This document shows positions 63,006 to 64,000 of a DNA stretch of 64,000 bases, piece by piece (the stretch's first letter is position 1; every line of letters starts with the position of its first letter). Below the pieces are notes generated by a model. That model searched no databases and was not told where the DNA came from. It saw nothing but the letters and a program-made list of their open reading frames with translations. Origin of the DNA: Nanobdellati archaeon. Lineage in GTDB: Archaea > EX4484-52 > GLR71. The stretch lies in NCBI GenBank assembly GCA_019429005.1, contig JAHYJR010000003.1, positions 7,961 to 71,960 on the forward strand. Reading direction: 5' to 3'. The translations under genes and the position numbers were made by a program.

Positions 63006-64000
63006 TCAAACAAGATTCAACATCTTCTCAGCAGCCTCAATCGCTGCAAGCGTCTGATCAGAATCAACACCAAGAGTCTTAAACCGTTTTCCGCCCAATT
63101 CCCAAATGATAGTTGTTTCAACAAGAGCATCGGTTTTTCCACCAGGAGGTATTCTCACCTCATAATCAACAAGTACAGGTACTTGAAATTTAAGTTTAGG
63201 AGCAATCCCTTTAACACCATTCCAAAAAGCATCAAAACCACCATCACCAATACCTTTAACATCCACTTCAATACCCTTATAATTCAACTTAAAACGTGCT
63301 TTCTGTTTTGAACCAGACCTAACAGAAATACAAACATCAGATATTTTAGCATGAATCTCAAGTGGTGTACCTAAAACATCTGCGATAATATAAGGAAGAT
63401 CGCTCGAAGTTATCTGTTTTTTCCCCATACCAAGCTCGACCACACGCTCATACACACGTTTTTTATCACAATCAGAAAGACGAATTCCAAGCTTATCAAG
63501 ATTCATCTCAACACTTGCCATACCACTCAATTTGCCAAGTGCATATGTACGCTCACGCCCAAATCTATCAGGTGTCAAAAGACTCATATACAGACCTTTT
63601 TTCTTATCGCCATCAGCATGAATCCCTGCAGTCTGAGTAAAAACATCATCACCAACAATAGGCTTATTTGACGCAATCCTTTTGCCCGAAAAAGTATTTA
63701 CAAGCAGGCTCGCATTCAAAAGCTTAGATTCATCAATACCCGTAACATACAAACGACCATCAACACTACGACTATCCCGCAACACATCTTTAACCGAAAC
63801 AACAACCTCATCAAGAGAAGTGTTTCCTGCCCGTTCACCAAAACCATTCACAGTCGTATGAACTCCAGAAACACCGTTCACAATCGCAGCTAAAGTGTTT
63901 GATACTGCAAGACCATAATCATTATGTGCATGAAAATCAAAATGAACCTTTGGATATTTCCTTACCAAATCAGATACAAAATCTGATACTTGCATAAAAT
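63006..64000 (-). CDS. 2-isopropylmalate synthase / (R)-citramalate synthase family (LeuA/CimA), C-terminal two thirds. The gene continues past the window end.
   Basis: HAHNDYGLAVSNTLAAIVNGVSGVHTTVNGFGERAGNTSLDEVV is the catalytic signature. The C-terminal LeuA-dimer regulatory domain is present. Confidence 0.8.
   Translation of the reverse strand, partial: FMQVSDFVSDLVRKYPKVHFDFHAHNDYGLAVSNTLAAIVNGVSGVHTTVNGFGERAGNTSLDEVVVSVKDVLRDSRSVDGRLYVTGIDESKLLNASLLVNTFSGKRIASNKPIVGDDVFTQTAGIHADGDKKKGLYMSLLTPDRFGRERTYALGKLSGMASVEMNLDKLGIRLSDCDKKRVYERVVELGMGKKQITSSDLPYIIADVLGTPLEIHAKISDVCISVRSGSKQKARFKLNYKGIEVDVKGIGDGGFDAFWNGVKGIAPKLKFQVPVLVDYEVRIPPGGKTDALVETTIIWELGGKRFKTLGVDSDQTLAAIEAAEKMLNLV

Overview
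AT-rich (about 30% GC) archaeal window with a euryarchaeal or methanogen-like gene set. Recognisable genes: ADP-dependent sugar kinase (partial), PyrE-like phosphoribosyltransferase, TtuA/Ncs6-type PP-loop ATPase, MinD/ParA, an MJ0822-family S-layer protein, proteasome-activating nucleotidase PAN, a ThiI-like THUMP protein, Kae1, and LeuA/CimA (partial). From 56.3 kb down to 1.3 kb nearly everything is on the minus strand. This array is a cell-surface island with three parts. (i) A highly expressed-looking S-layer gene flanked by two 5x22-bp phased A-tract arrays. (ii) A 2,110-aa surface protein made of about 20 tandem IPT/TIG-like modules, with a His-rich tandem-repeat cytoplasmic tail, followed by a polytopic membrane protein. 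(iii) The main observation: two adjacent giant type-I membrane proteins of 12,128 aa (one uninterrupted 36.4-kb ORF) and about 1,390 aa. Both end in the same cassette of about 750 aa: a triple CxxC module, a beta-sandwich region, a single TM helix and a cytoplasmic HerA/FtsK/VirB4-superfamily P-loop ATPase. The ATPase has Walker A GSTGSGKS, Walker B VFDEVH and an R..G......SQ sensor. The second gene starts 4 nt after the first stops, with an SD inside the first gene. The 12,128-aa protein carries a signal peptide, a sequon-saturated N-terminal region, two clusters of MopE-like Cys/Asp-rich putative metal-binding repeats, and about 17 kb of tandem Ig-like super-repeats. A cytoplasmic ring-ATPase fused to a giant glycosylated ectodomain is, as far as I know, undescribed. 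I propose a hexameric, ATP-dependent surface fibre or contact apparatus. Also present: a PyrE gene broken by a single in-frame TAA inside the PRPP loop, a zinc-ribbon mini-ORF with no canonical start, and palindromes in the S-layer and giant-gene leaders.
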